Part shown: positions 12,146-24,950 of the stretch, piece by piece
Numbering within the stretch: position 1 is the first letter of the stretch
Layout of the letters: each line of letters begins with the position of its first letter
Assembly (NCBI GenBank): GCA_035084275.1
Contig: CM068755.1
Location: 3,534,001-3,598,000 of the forward strand
Length of the DNA stretch: 64,000 bases
Reading direction: 5' to 3'
Source of the DNA: Hydrolagus colliei
Taxonomy: Eukaryota
Translations under genes and position numbers: made by a program
The notes under the pieces: model-generated
Told to the model about the DNA's origin: nothing
Database searches by the model: none
The model's input: only the letters and a program-made list of their open reading frames with translations

Positions 12146-12775
12146 AATAATAATAATCCTTGTATTTGATATAGCACCCTATCATGTCTTCGAGGCGTCT
12201 CAAAGCGCTTCACAGAATTTTATTGTAAAGTGAATTAACTGTTTATTTTGTTGGCAATTCACTTGGATTAAAGTGTAAGTGGCCGGGTATATTGTAGGCA
12301 AAATATAAAAATATCAAATCCGGGAGATTTCCTCTTTGATCTTACTCAGGATTAACTTGGTCAGTTCACGTTTATAGCAGTGCTTAGCTCCTGTTAACCC
12401 TGGAAACCAAAGCCCTAAAGGGTAAAGTTGGATTCTTAGACAGTGCTATCAATGACTAACCTAGCTCAGGAACTGGACTAGCAACCACCACAGACATGTT
12501 CTTGCAAAGTATGTCGCCTTGGAGGCAGTCAATTGTGCTCAGCGGTGTCCCACACACAGTCATGGATTGAGTGACCAAATTATTAGCATTTTAAATTATT
12601 TTTTTCTTGAATGGATTATTATCCCTGGATAAACGATCCGCCAATTAATTAACAACCAGGTTCCTACTTCCTGCTAGGTAAACAGAGAAGTGCGGAGTAA
12701 GGAAACTTGTCCAATGGTTCACACTGCCTGAACCTGCTTGAATCGAACCCGGGTTCTCTCGGTTGAAGCATTTAC
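12146..12775 (-). mobile_element. SINE-A long variant interrupted by about 260 bp that includes the LF-SINE-like repeat
   Basis: Tail 12146-12255; body and head resume at about 12520-12775. Confidence 0.75.
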
Positions 12776-14699
12776 TAATTCTGAGCAATGTACGTCAATT
12801 CCTTTAGGTCAAACTTTAAAGTGTTTAGCTCGGTTTCTATCGAGGACTTAATGAAGAGAAAATAAAAAAAAAAGTTCACCCTTGCCCCTGGCAAATTTGC
12901 AAGTGGAAATTTTATTTGCCACTCAATACTTGCTAACTGATTTTTCCAATCAACTGTGAAGCCCTTAGATTCTGCTCAGCATCTTTGATATGAAAGATCC
13001 AACATAGGACAATCTTCATGTAATTGTTACTGGTTTAACAGACATTTCGGTCATATTTCATTTTCAGTCGTGAAACCTTGATTGACAGAAAGATATCTAC
13101 ACTTCTTGTTAAATAATAATAATAATAATCCTTATTATTATTGACCCTACAACGTGTAAATATCTAAAGGCACTTCGCAGTTGTCACAGATGAAGCGCCT
13201 TTCTTGCCGAGAGGACATGCCAAGAAGCTGGACAGTCAAGGATTTGCACTTCACAGTCATTGCACTTCACCACAATGTGCTCTGAGGCGTTTGCTCAATG
13301 TGATCTGACTGTATGAAATGCAAGTATTATTATTATTATTAGTATGCGTATCTCTGTGGATCATCTTTCTGTGAGATACGGAACCTGTGGTCTACAAACC
13401 CTGAGAGTCCGAGCAACATTCTCATCAAATTGAAGTTAAGAGCGAGTCTGCCCTGACAGCAATCAGAATTAAGAGCTCATAATTTTACCAGGAACCAAAA
13501 TGGAAAAAGGTTCCATTCATTCTCCCATCCTGTCATCCACTGTCTTAATGAGGATCAGAAAAAAAGGCAGCTACAAAGTGAATTGATGGGGATGTAATTT
13601 CCACAGCAAGTCTACTCCTGTATAGGGTTGTCATTTATTGGTGAGTCCAAATCATTAATGGATGAAACTGTTGCGAGTTCACCACTTTACTTGTCAACTC
13701 TCCATTTACAAGAAGCTCACATTTCCACCTACAGACTTCCCGATTAGTTTCTTAGACTCTTCATTGCAAAAGTGTCAGAGCCAAGGTAAAAGTTTAATGA
13801 GAAAACCGAGAGGTTATGAGTGCACCACTCAATGGGGAATTACGATAGCTTATACTGCGTCTGTTACTTCACAGCAAGCAACCCATGGATCACCATTTGA
13901 ATATTAATCCTCGCATTTGATCCGGCGCCTTTCACGTCAGGAGGATGTCTCTCAAAACTCTTCGTAATAATTTGCTGTTAATGTGCAATGACTGCACTTG
14001 TGGACTAACACAGCCATGAGATGAATTCATTAAGTTTGAATAACAATAATAATAATAATCCTTGCATGTGATATAGAGCCTTATCTTGTATTCGAGAAGT
14101 CTCACAGCACTTCATAGAATACTATGTACAATAAAATGATTGTACTGTATATATTTTCTACAATCGGGCGAAAGTGAATAAATTGCTCAATTTTATCTTG
14201 GGATTGTTGGCTAGGAATCTGGGGGAAGCTCCCTTTTCTTTTCAAATAACACCACGGTTTAATGTCTCATCCGAAGGACATCTCCTTTGAAGGTCTCAAA
14301 CCCACAACCTTCTGACTCAGAGTCGAGAGCGCTCTCAAGTGAGCAACGCTGCCACGGATCACAAATCCATAAACCATCAAGTAATTGGAAACAAAACATA
14401 GGAGCTTACAGTAATAGTAATGTGCCTGTGCCCCACAAGAATATTGTCAATAACTGCTAATGTGGCAATTTTATTGGTTTGCAGCCACTTCCTAAATTAT
14501 TCCCATTGTATGTCTGTGACATTTTTACTGCAAAATATCAGTACATTGCTTTAAATCCAACACAGCTGGAGTTACAGCACCTTGCTATTTATTCCGACTT
14601 TAATGAAAGTGAGGATTTATGACGAGAAATACTGGCAAACCTTTAATGTTTCTCATTTCGAGTTGAGATTCTCTCCTGTCCTACTGGGCGGTATTCTAG

Positions 14700-15318
14700 G
14701 TATTGCACCTCGGGGCATAGAATACAAAAATAAAGCAATAATGCTAAGTTTGTATAGATCATTGGTTAGGCCACAACTGGAGAGCTGCGTTGAGTTTTGT
14801 GCACTTCACGAAGGGGAGACGTGGGGAGGAAGTTAACCCTAATGTTACAGGTTTCAGGAGCTTTCGTTATGAGGAGAGTTTGGAGAAGCTGGGTCTGTTT
14901 TCAGTGGAGCAGAGAACGACAACAAAATTACATTTACAGGGCGCCTTTCACGTCGGGAGGACGTCCCATGGCACTGAACAGTCACGACGGAACCCCAGCA
15001 AGGGAGAGGGGCAGGGTAGTGGGGAGGGGCGGGAGAGAGATAGGAGGGGAGGGAGAGAGTTGGGAGGGCAGCAGCAGGCATCATCATAGAGGAGGGTCTT
15101 GAGACTGGCCTTGAAGAAGGCGAGGGAGGGAGCGAGGCAAAGGAACTGTGAGGGGGGCAGAGAGGCTGAAAGCCCATCCGCTGATGGTAGGGCGGATCGG
15201 GCGGGGGACATGGAGCAGGCTGGAGTCCGCTGAACAGTTGAGATAGGGAACTTTATAGCAGTGTACGAGGGGTTTTGACATGGTGAATAGGGACAAGCTA
15301 TTTTCACTGGGTGTCATG
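14700..15318 (+). mobile_element. CR1 ORF2 fragment split by L2
   Basis: LYRSLVRPQLESCVEF...YEESLEKLGLFSVEQR; resumes after 15235 and ends about 40 bp from the donor of CD276 micro-exon 1. Confidence 0.85.
14916..15235 (-). mobile_element. L2 3' fragment nested in a CR1
   Basis: Tail ...PWDVLPT; interrupts CR1 ORF2 right after gagcagaga. Confidence 0.85.
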
Positions 15319-15359
15319 TATTTTTTTTCCTTTAGTGGGGAGTACAATAGTCTTTTTAC

Positions 15360-15392
15360 CTGTCCTTGCTTCTGCCTCCTCTTCCTCGGCTT
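15360..15392 (-). CDS. CD276: CD276 cytoplasmic micro-exon 1 (33 nt)
   Basis: EAEEEEAEART, homologous to human GAEDQDGEGEGSKT. Acceptor gtttaattccgcag with aactaac branch motif about 30 nt upstream; donor CAG|gtaaaa; phase 1-1 keeps the frame. Confidence 0.88.
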
Positions 15393-16299
15393 CTGCGGAA
15401 TTAAACAGGCACATTTCTGTTAGTTCATTATTATATTGTAAACCAGCACTTGGGTACATAGGCACACACAAAAAAGAAGAGAGTGACCAATTTATCAATT
15501 TGTCACTGGTAGAGAGAAACTGGGTTTGAGACTCTAGTATATATACCACACATAGATTATACCAAGCTTGCTCATCCCATTTCACACACACACACGTGCA
15601 CACAGCAACAGCAATTGCAATCAGCTACAATCTGTTTGCAGTCTCCTCACTGGAGGTTTGCAGCAATAAAAGGAAGAGGTGCGAAACAGAGACAGAAGGA
15701 GCAAATGAGGAACGAAAACTGAAGCTGATTTAACATCATTGATCAGTTCAAGAGGTGGGAAACTAACTGCAAAAACGAAAAAGTGTGAATTAATGCTTAC
15801 ATCCGTATGTTGCTGGAGAGAGAGTGCATTCAGTGATTAAGTTGCACCTATCTCTGCCACCAGCCTTCACATCCTCCTTATTCCTCAGCTTTAAAAGTTA
15901 ATGTGTGCTGAATTCAGGAATTACAGCAAGGGATGTTAATCAAGCTACCGGTAAACTCCTGATAACTCAACCCCATCTAGTCACTGCCACTTACGTCATC
16001 ATGTTGTCAATATGACGGACATGTTTACTTATAAAAGTCTATGTATCAACACACAAATAAATGCTTTGAGACATCCTCCTGCTGGGAAAGACATTATGAA
16101 GCATTATTATTATACAGTGTTGTTGTAAATTCCTATCTAAGGGTCGATTCTTAGTCAGCCAGACTTACCCACAATCATCACAAAACACATATAATAATCG
16201 TTGCATTTGATATAGTGTGTTATCACGTCATCGAGACGTCTCAAATCGCCTGACAGGATGCACCGTGACGTGCTATGACTGTGAGTATGTTGTGAGTGA

Positions 16300-16436
16300 A
16301 CATTTATAAAGGGATTAAGGGGTATGGGGATAAGGCAGGTAGCTGGAGTTAGAGTAGAATATCAGCCATGATTGAATGGCGGGGCAGGCTCGATGGGCCG
16401 AATGGCCTACTCTTGCTCCTAGTTCTTATGTTCTTA
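16300..16436 (+). mobile_element. CR1 3' end
   Basis: atcagccatgattgaatggcggggcaggctcgatgggccgaatggcctactcttgctcctagttcttatgttctta. Confidence 0.88.
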
Positions 16437-17289
16437 CAAGCAACTGCATCAAGGACATAAACAAAAGCCAGGAATTAATGTGTGCAGGTCACTTATTGAC
16501 TTCAGAAAGTACAAAACACAAAGCATCTCCTGTCTGGTGCCATTCGGAATCTTGTTGACTTGTATTATGACCACAACATTACATGATAATATATATTATA
16601 TAAATATATTAATTAGATTAGTTAGAGTGAAGAAGACTGTTTCTTACAGAATGCCCTCCCTACTGTTTGCTCTCCATTGTAAAACAATAACAAATTGGTC
16701 ATTTCTATCCACGATTTTTTGTGGGGACGCTGATCTGCACAATTGGCTGCCGCGTTTCGCCCACAAAATATCCAGTCACTTTACAGCATATTCTGTGAAG
16801 CGCTTTGAGACATCCAGAAGACGTGAAAAGCGCTATATCCAATAGCAAGGATTATCATTATTATTATTCTAACAGAGCTCTTGCCAGAGGGAATGACTGA
16901 GGACTGGCACAAGACCTGCTGCAAACATGATAGACGAGTGTCTACAATATTGTGCCTCATTGTTTCCCTTCAATGCGCTCCTATTTGAAAGCACAAAGGA
17001 TTAACCACCTGCAAAAATAACAAGGTTCTGCCTGCTTGAAAGGAACATCACCTTGATTTATGAACGGATGGCGGAGGAGAAATACACTGACAGGTATCTC
17101 CAGCACACTCTTTGCCCAGTCAAGGTTGACTAATAGGAAACTATGATTTACTGAATTTTTTTTCATATAACCCAGTAAATTAAATTTTAAAACAAATAAA
17201 GGAGAACATTGAAGTGTTACTAGGTATACAGTGAAGCTGCCAGGTTCATTGAGGGAGAAGTCAGGGCATGAAAGGCAACTTCATAAAAG

Positions 17290-18935
17290 TGTTAATATTA
17301 ATCCCTGTATTTGATACAGTGCCTTTCACTCAGCAGGATGTCTCAATGCACTCAGGATATACAATTAAAGTAAAGTGACTATATTTTGTAGGCAAACGCG
17401 GCAAACAACAACAACAACAATTTACATTTATAGAGCGCCTTTCACGTCGGGAGGACGTCCCAAGGCGCTGAACAGGAGGCGTGTGACCCAAGCTGGGAGG
17501 GGAGTGTTTGGGAAGGGGTGAAACACGAAGGGGAGGTAAAAGAGTTCGGGGTGGAACAAAAGGCACGATCGAAGAGGAAAGTCTTCAAACCGGCCTTGAA
17601 AGAGGAAAGGGAAGAGACGAAACGGAGGGATTGAGGGATGGCATTCCATAAGGTGGGAGCGGAGAAACTGAAGGCCCGGCCTCCGATGGTGGGGCGGTTC
17701 GGGCGGGGGGCTTGGAGCAGGCCAAGTCCTGTTGAATGGAGGGTCCGGGTGGGCGTGTAGGGGGAGAGTAGATCGGTTAAGTAGGATGGGGCAAGGCCGT
17801 GTAAGGCCTTGTAGGTGAGGACGAGGATCTTAAACTCGATCCTCTGGAGGATGGGGAGCCAGTGGAGACGGGCGAGGGTGGGGGTTATGTGGTCGCGGAG
17901 GCGGGTGCGGGATAGTACACGGGCTGCAGAGTTTTGGATGGCCTGCAGCCTATGAATGGAGGAACTCGGGAGGCCGACGATTAGAGAATTTCCGTAGTCC
18001 AGCCGTGAGGTGATGTAAGCATGCACAAGTGTTTCGGCAGCGCGGGGGGTAAGATAATTACGGAGCCTGGCAATGTTGCGCAGATGGAAATAGGCGGTGC
18101 CGGTCAAGGCGCGGATGTGGGGGAGGAAGGAAAGTTTTTGATCGAACATGATGCCGAGGTTCCTGATTGGCTTTGTGAGGTGGAGAGTACAGCCTTGGAT
18201 GTTGAGGCTGGCAGCGCCCGATGTGCGGAGGCGCTGGCTTGAGCCAATCAGGAGGGCCTCGGTCTTATTCACGTTCAATTGCAAAAAGTTGTCCCTCGTC
18301 CACGACTCGATGTCGGACAGACATGCTGTCAGAACATCGATGGTCTGGGGGTTGAGGGATGAGGCAGAAAGGTACAACTGGGTGTCATCCGCATACATGT
18401 GGAAATTTACCCCATGTCTGCGGATGACGTCACCCAGAGGGAGCGTGTAAAGGGTGAAAAGGAGGGGACCGAGGACAGAGCCCTGAGGGACGCCGTGGGA
18501 AACTGTGCGGGGGTTTGAAGAAAAACCGTTGGAAGAAACAAAATGTAAACGGTGGGTCAAATAAGAATGGAACCAGTCAAGGACTGTGCCTTGAAGGTTG
18601 AGGTTGGAGGAAAGACGTTGAAGGAGGATGGTGTGATCGACTGTGTCGAACGCAGCAGACAGGTCAAGGAGGACGAGGAGGCAGAGGGAGCCCTGGTCAC
18701 AGGCGGTTAGGATGTCATTTGTGACCTTAACCTAAGTCAAGTTGCGCATGGTAGCATCCCACGAACAGTCAAGAACAGTCAATTTGATCTGGGTATTGTT
18801 TGGCCACGACACTGGAAGAAAGTCCCTTCCCTTCTCGATTAGTGCCGCCAGATCTTTAACATCCACACTGCTTTTAGCATCTCATCTGAACGACGCCACC
18901 TCCGGCAATGGAGTGCTTCCCCCAGCGCTGCTGCG
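17290..18935 (-). mobile_element. Deu-domain SINE split by the L2a copy
   Basis: Tail 17290-17403; body resumes at about 18735 with ttgcgcatgg...cccacgaacagtc and the Deu core. Confidence 0.8.
17404..18731 (-). mobile_element. L2 LINE, 5'-truncated, RT ORF open for 429 codons (family L2a)
   Basis: ORF 17442-18731 without stops: LDLSAAFDTVDH, GVPQGSVLGPLLF, YADD, SRLDYGNS, LHWLP. 3' stem-loop and (TTG)n tail. Inserted into a Deu-SINE. Confidence 0.95.
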
Positions 18936-19734
18936 TGCAATTGGCTACCAATTTTGCCAACAAAATATAGTCAATTCACTTGACAGTATATTCCACGAAC
19001 CGTTTTGATATGTATTGATGAGGTGATAAGACGCTATATCAAAGGCAAGGATTATTATTATTATTATACGCAGAGTCAGACATCAGTTTATAAAACATAA
19101 AAAGGGAAAGACTACATTGATTGTATTATGCAACATTATCATTCAATTACATATTGCACTCAAAACTTCATGAATATATTCCAGGGATCAGTGCATTGCT
19201 CCAATTCCACTGCAACCTTTCATAGGAAAGGCCTTTGATGTTGGCTTTTTGATCATTTGTCTTTTTAACTTGTCAGAAGCACCAATTTCTGTGCCCCCCC
19301 AAAAAGCAGGAATACCTTACGGGATTTTGATCAAAGGATCTGTTTCGTTCTCAGTATGCATTATAAATAATGTTTTCAGGAAGTGCAACAGCAGAACATT
19401 TTGCAATTTTGTGTGACCTCTTTTCTGCTTCTCAGTCGCACTTTAAAAACTGTTACCACGTTCAGGTTTTGTTTTTTCGTGGCAGGTTCAGTGGGTAAAC
19501 TGTGACCTCTCGTAGGCTGATCTCTGCCAAGAAATTGGCCACTTTCAACTGTGGACTTGCACCAATTAGGAACTGGATTCAGACCACACTCTCTCACTCA
19601 ACCAGCCAGGATAGAAGGTTTACATTGTAGTGTCCAGATGTGACCCAACTCTAACACAATAATAATAATCATTGTTGTATTTGGTCTAGTGTCTTATCAC
19701 TTTATGGAGACATCACAAAGTGCTTCACGGAATA

Positions 19735-20250
19735 AGGAGTTTAAGGCATTGGAAAGGGTGCAGAGGAGATTTACCTGGATGGTACCAGGAATGAGGGACT
19801 TCAGTTATGAGGAAAGGCTAGAGAGGCTAGGTTTATTCTCATTGGAGCAGAGAAGGTTACGAGGAGACTTATTAGAGGTTTTCAAAATCATGAGGGGATT
19901 TGATAGGGTAAACAGGGAAAAACTGTTTCCACTGGTGGGTGTGTCAGGGACTCGAGGTCACAGAGTTAAAATAGTTTCCAAAAGAAGCAGAGGGGAGATG
20001 AGGAGAAATGTTTTCACGCAGCGAGTTGTCCGAATCTGGAATGCATTGCCTGAAAGGGTGGTGGAGGCCAATTCGATAACAACTTTTAAAAGAGAGGCGG
20101 ATGGTTATTTGGGGAGGACTTTGCAGGGGTTATGGGGAGAGAGCTGGGGAGTGGGATTGACTTTGAATAGCTCTTTTCAAAAAGCCGGTACAGACTCGAT
20201 GGCTACAGAATGGCCTCCTTATGTGCTGTAAAATTCTATGATTCTATGAT
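19735..20250 (+). mobile_element. CR1 LINE 3' fragment nested in a SINE
   Basis: LERVQRRFTWMVPGMRDFSYEERLERLGLFSLEQRRLRGDL...RNVFTQRVVRIWNALP; ends in the CR1 octamer tail (ATTCTATG)n. Confidence 0.95.
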
Positions 20251-21629
20251 ATTTTGTAAAGTCGATTGACTGTGTACTTTGTGGATAAACCTGGCAGTCA
20301 ATTCTATGGAGGGATTAATATCAAGTAAAATGTATCAAATGCAACTATTATTATTATTATTATTATTGTTGGGTACATTGCTGGAAGTTTACGGGATTCC
20401 GCATCAGTCCGTTTTACAGATGTAATTGTGTTATTATGCATCGCTTCCTGCAGCTGTGCTTAGGATACAAAAAGCACATTTTCAGTGCAAGCTTATCAAG
20501 CAGTCTCATTGATACATTTATCTTAGCTGAAATTTATCCACATCTAAAACTTGATGGCACAATAGGAAGCAAGCTTGCATTTTATCCTCCCTGCGGATTT
20601 TCGGTTCACACTGATATTCACACTATGGCCAAGGGCACAATCTGCTTGTCTCATTACTGCATTAACTGAAACATGTTGCCTCATGAGAACCTCCCTTTCT
20701 GGGTCTGTCAAAGCCATTCGCTTTTGCATCTGTGTAGCACACTGTAATCCTGGATAAAAATAGCAACAATAAGTGCAATACTAAAATAATCATTGCATGT
20801 GGTATAGTTAGCACCTCAACTGGCTCAATGGACTTCATTGACAGTTGCTATAACGTGTAGTGACTGTGCATTTTGTGTAATTGAACATTGCAGTCAATGT
20901 GCGCACAGTATTGACTCCCCCACGTACCCATGAAGTGAATGATCAATTTTCACCTGGTTTCAGCTTGTGTAGACTGTTTTGCCTTAGCGTAAGATCAGAC
21001 AAAATCGTGAAAGGTGTTTTTCTGCAGTTGTTAAAAAGGACCGGGCTTCCAAACTGAGATCAGTCGAAGGGTGTCATACAATGTTGTGGCAATGTACATT
21101 CAAGATCAAATGCTCTTACAGGCGAAGACTAGATGGGATTTTATTATTAATAATAATAATCCTTGCATTTGATATAGCGCCTAGAGACGTCTCACATTAT
21201 TGAGATGTCTCAAAGTGCTTTACAGGAGACACTGTAGCGTGCAATTGACTGCATTTTGTGGGTGGAGTCCAGTTGTGTACAGCAATGAACCACGGAGAGT
21301 TGTGAAGCAAACAGCCATTTTGAGGCTCTTGTGTGTTTTATTTTTTGTCTGTATTGTGTAATTGTGTGTTCAGAGAAGAAAAGATGAAGGGAAGTGAGAT
21401 TTCATCGTCAGCAGCTCTACCTTCAAAGGAATTGGGAGCCAATCACTGAATGCATTAATTACTAGAACAGTGCCCATTAAGATTTGAGCTGATAGTGTTT
21501 GAGCCCAACTGTGCCAACAGCGAAGAAACAACCTTAATGTGCAACAAGCCTGAATTTTTAGAAGGGAAAGTCTTGGGTGGTAAACTATTGCCTGAGTTTA
21601 TGAACAGATGGACACCTCAGTACACAGTA

Positions 21630-22035
21630 ATGAAATTTCTCTCATTGCAAACCCCATCATCCAGAGGATCCAATTCAAGATCCTGGTCCTCACATTTAAA
21701 GCCCTCCATAACCTCGCCCATCCCTATATCCGTGACCTCCTATTCCCTTAACAACCTGCCCGTCCCCTCCACTCAGCAGACTCTGGCCTGCTCCACTTCC
21801 CCTAACCCACCCACCCCACGAGTGGCAGGCGAACCTTGAGCCACTCTGCCCCCAACCTCTGCAACTCCATCCCGCAGTCCCTCCGCCTCACCCCCTCCCT
21901 GGCCTCCTTCAAGTCTCGCCTCAAGAGTCTGCTCTTCGATGCATCCGCAGCTCGAGTCTGAAGCAGGGACTGTCCAACGCCTAATCCTCCTGACATAAAA
22001 GGCGCTATCAAGTGTTATTTTGTTATTGGTTATTG
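21630..22035 (+). mobile_element. L2 LINE 3' fragment
   Basis: atccagaggatccaattcaagatcctggtcctcac (IQRIQFKILVL) through the L2 tail. Confidence 0.85.
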
Positions 22036-23459
22036 TTGTTGTGTCTGCAACAAAACGCAACTTAAAGCTTCATTTTTACCATTTGCGTTTACACAGCGGC
22101 TTCCACGTCAGGAGGACGTCTCAAAGTGCTCCACACAGATGACTGGGGAGGGGGGAGGGAAAGGGGGGGATACTGAAAAGATGGGACATGAAGCAGGCAG
22201 TGTTCACTGAGCAGAGGGAGTGCATGGGAGGGTGACATTTCATTGGATGTAAGTGAATCTGAGGATGAGGATGACAGTGCCTTTCATATGACATAGTGTC
22301 TCGAAGCAGCTCACAGAGCAGCAACAGAAACAGGGAGGGGAAATGAGTGGGAGGTTCAGAGAGAGAAAACTTCAGAGGTTTATGCAGCAGAAATAGTTAG
22401 ACTATCCCCTTACCACATTCTGTCAGTCTTGCATTTGAACTACATTCGCCTGAATTCACATTATCTGTATTTACATTACCCCAACAATTTGAGATATCCT
22501 CCAGACAATGACAATCGCTATCTAAATGTAAACTGTTGTCACAGTATTAATAATGATAACACTCTTGTTGGTGCTAAAGAACAATTATAATCCTTGCATT
22601 TGATTTAGTACCTTATCACTTCTTTGAGACCTCGCAAAGTGCTTCACAGAATATTCCGTAAAGTGAATTGACTGTATATTTTCTGGGTAGAATTTGGCAG
22701 CCAAGTGTACACGGCATTGAGTCCCACAGTCGTGGATTGAGTGACCAAAATTGAAGGGATTATTACCCCTGGAAAAGCTGCTCGATCAGAACGACATGTC
22801 AAGCCAGAAAGAACGCATGCAATGATTTGATGATCCGTATTCAGTGGCTTTCACCTATTAAGTATTTTGCTGGATTTACAGTAAAATATATTGATTGTGT
22901 AGGTGAACACAGCAACCAATATACACACCAAAATCAGCCATGTAGTGAATTTTATTTGGCGGATTGTTGGTCACCAGAAGAAACTCTCTTCTCCTTTCAC
23001 ACAAAGTCATCCAATCAATCAGGCAGATGAGACATGGGTTTACTGCTGTAATTATCATTAAGTTAACACAATTTAATAAAGAGCTGAGCATCATTAGAAT
23101 GCAGTTACACTGTGTACTTTATGCAGGCAACGGACATTACGGAGGGAAAGCCCTATTTCAGTGAGAGCGAGCAGTATTGATTCCAATTCCTCTCTCTTTT
23201 CTCCATTTCCTGTGGTGTTGATAGAATTCTTTTTTAAATGGTGTAATTGACTCAGCTTTCAATAGTCACATTCTAATAACTTGTTGGGCAAAAACAAAAT
23301 AACCTCCAATCTTTTTCCTTTGTGCTTCTATTAATAATTTCAGGTATGAGCCAGGGTCGAAAGGAGGCACTCTCGCTTCTGAGTCAAAGGATATTGATCT
23401 CACCACCTAGGCTAACAACCTGATACAGTGTGCTGTTGGAGGTGCTGCCCTTTGGATAC

Positions 23460-23750
23460 ACAACAACAACAAAGTTACATTTGTATAGCGTCTTTCACAT
23501 CAGGAGGACGTCCCAAGGCGCTGGACAGGTTACTGCTGCAGACCCGAGCTAAGGACAAGGGGGTGGGTGGGGGAGGAGGAGTCGCCGATGGGACCATCGA
23601 AGAGGAGTGTCTTGAGGCGAGACTTGAAGGAGGCCAGGGAGGGTGCGAGGCGGAGGCACTTCGGGATTGAGTTCCAGAGGTTGGGGGCAGAGTGACTGAA
23701 GGCTCGTCCGCCAATGGTTGGGCGGGTGGGTCGTGGGACATGGAACAATA
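23460..23750 (-). mobile_element. L2 LINE 3' fragment
   Basis: RPTRPTIGGRAFSHSAPNLWNSIP...FKSRLKT plus the L2a tail. Confidence 0.88.
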
Positions 23751-24829
23751 AAACCTAGGTCTCATCTTGCCCATGAAACATACACTTTACAATATATTCT
23801 GCGAAGCGCTTTGAGACGTCTAGAAGACGTGATAAGGTGCTATATCCAATGCAAGGTTTATTATCATTAGGTTTGCCTGTTGGGCGTTCAAGGTGGGCGT
23901 TAAAGATCCCATGGAATATTTGAAAAGAGAAGAATGTTTCTCCCAGAGATCTGGGCAACAATCAAATACTGTACATAAAATTTTTGTTCTCCTGTTCGTC
24001 AGACGCTGCTGTTATGCAAATTGGCTGCCTCATTTGCCCACAAATACAGTCAATGCACTTTGTGAAAAATATATATTTTTGCCGTGATAAGACAGTACAA
24101 TGGTTATTATTATTATTATTCAGTGAATTGAATCCAATGAGATTGAAAGGTGCTATTTGGGGACTCTGGCCAGCAATATTTCATTAGCACAACACAGCCT
24201 GTCCTGTTGTAAATGAGAGGATCTCCCAAAAAGACATCAATTGAAAACACTTTTGCAGTGAAAGAAAACATTTAACAACAATCAGTTTGTTCCGACGTTT
24301 CATTCCGGAATCTACGGTTGCCTAGGGGAGATGGAGCCTTTGTTGAATGGTGTTAATTGGATTTAAACAATCTTAAACACTTTAAGTATAATTCTGTGAC
24401 GGGCTTTTTGAGATGACTCAACAATGTGATAAGGAACTATTTCAAATGCACAGATTGATATTATCACTACAAACTTGCTTCCGAAAATGCTTGCGAGAAT
24501 TCACCATAATACATTTTTGCAATGCGCTTTAAAATTATTAAAATATAATTCTTCCACAGCTGAGCTGCATCCAAGGTGACGTGCTTGTCAATTGAATATT
24601 GGAAGCAAATGCACCCTTCTGTGGTGGTCTCAGGAGTCCCATTCCTGAGCCGGGGGGTCCGCAGTACTTCAGGGCTCTCTTGATGAGACACGAGCCAGCC
24701 TGGCTCATCAACAGGACTTGGAGGAAAGGGAATACTTCCACACAGCACCTGCATTAGCGAACGCCCTAATGTGTTGGGTGATCCTAGCAGTGGACAGCTT
24801 GCCAGACAGCAATATCAATGGCAAATTAG

Positions 24830-24950
24830 ATTTGCAAGGAGATGGGGAAGAGAGCGAGGAGTGGGACTGATTGGGTAGCTCTTTGAAAGAGCCGGGTTGA
24901 AGCACAATGGGTTGAAAGGCCTCCTTCTGTGCTGTACTATTCTATGATTT
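24830..24950 (+). mobile_element. CR1 3' end
   Basis: agctctttgaaagagccgg...ggcctccttctgtgctgtactattctatgatt. Confidence 0.85.
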
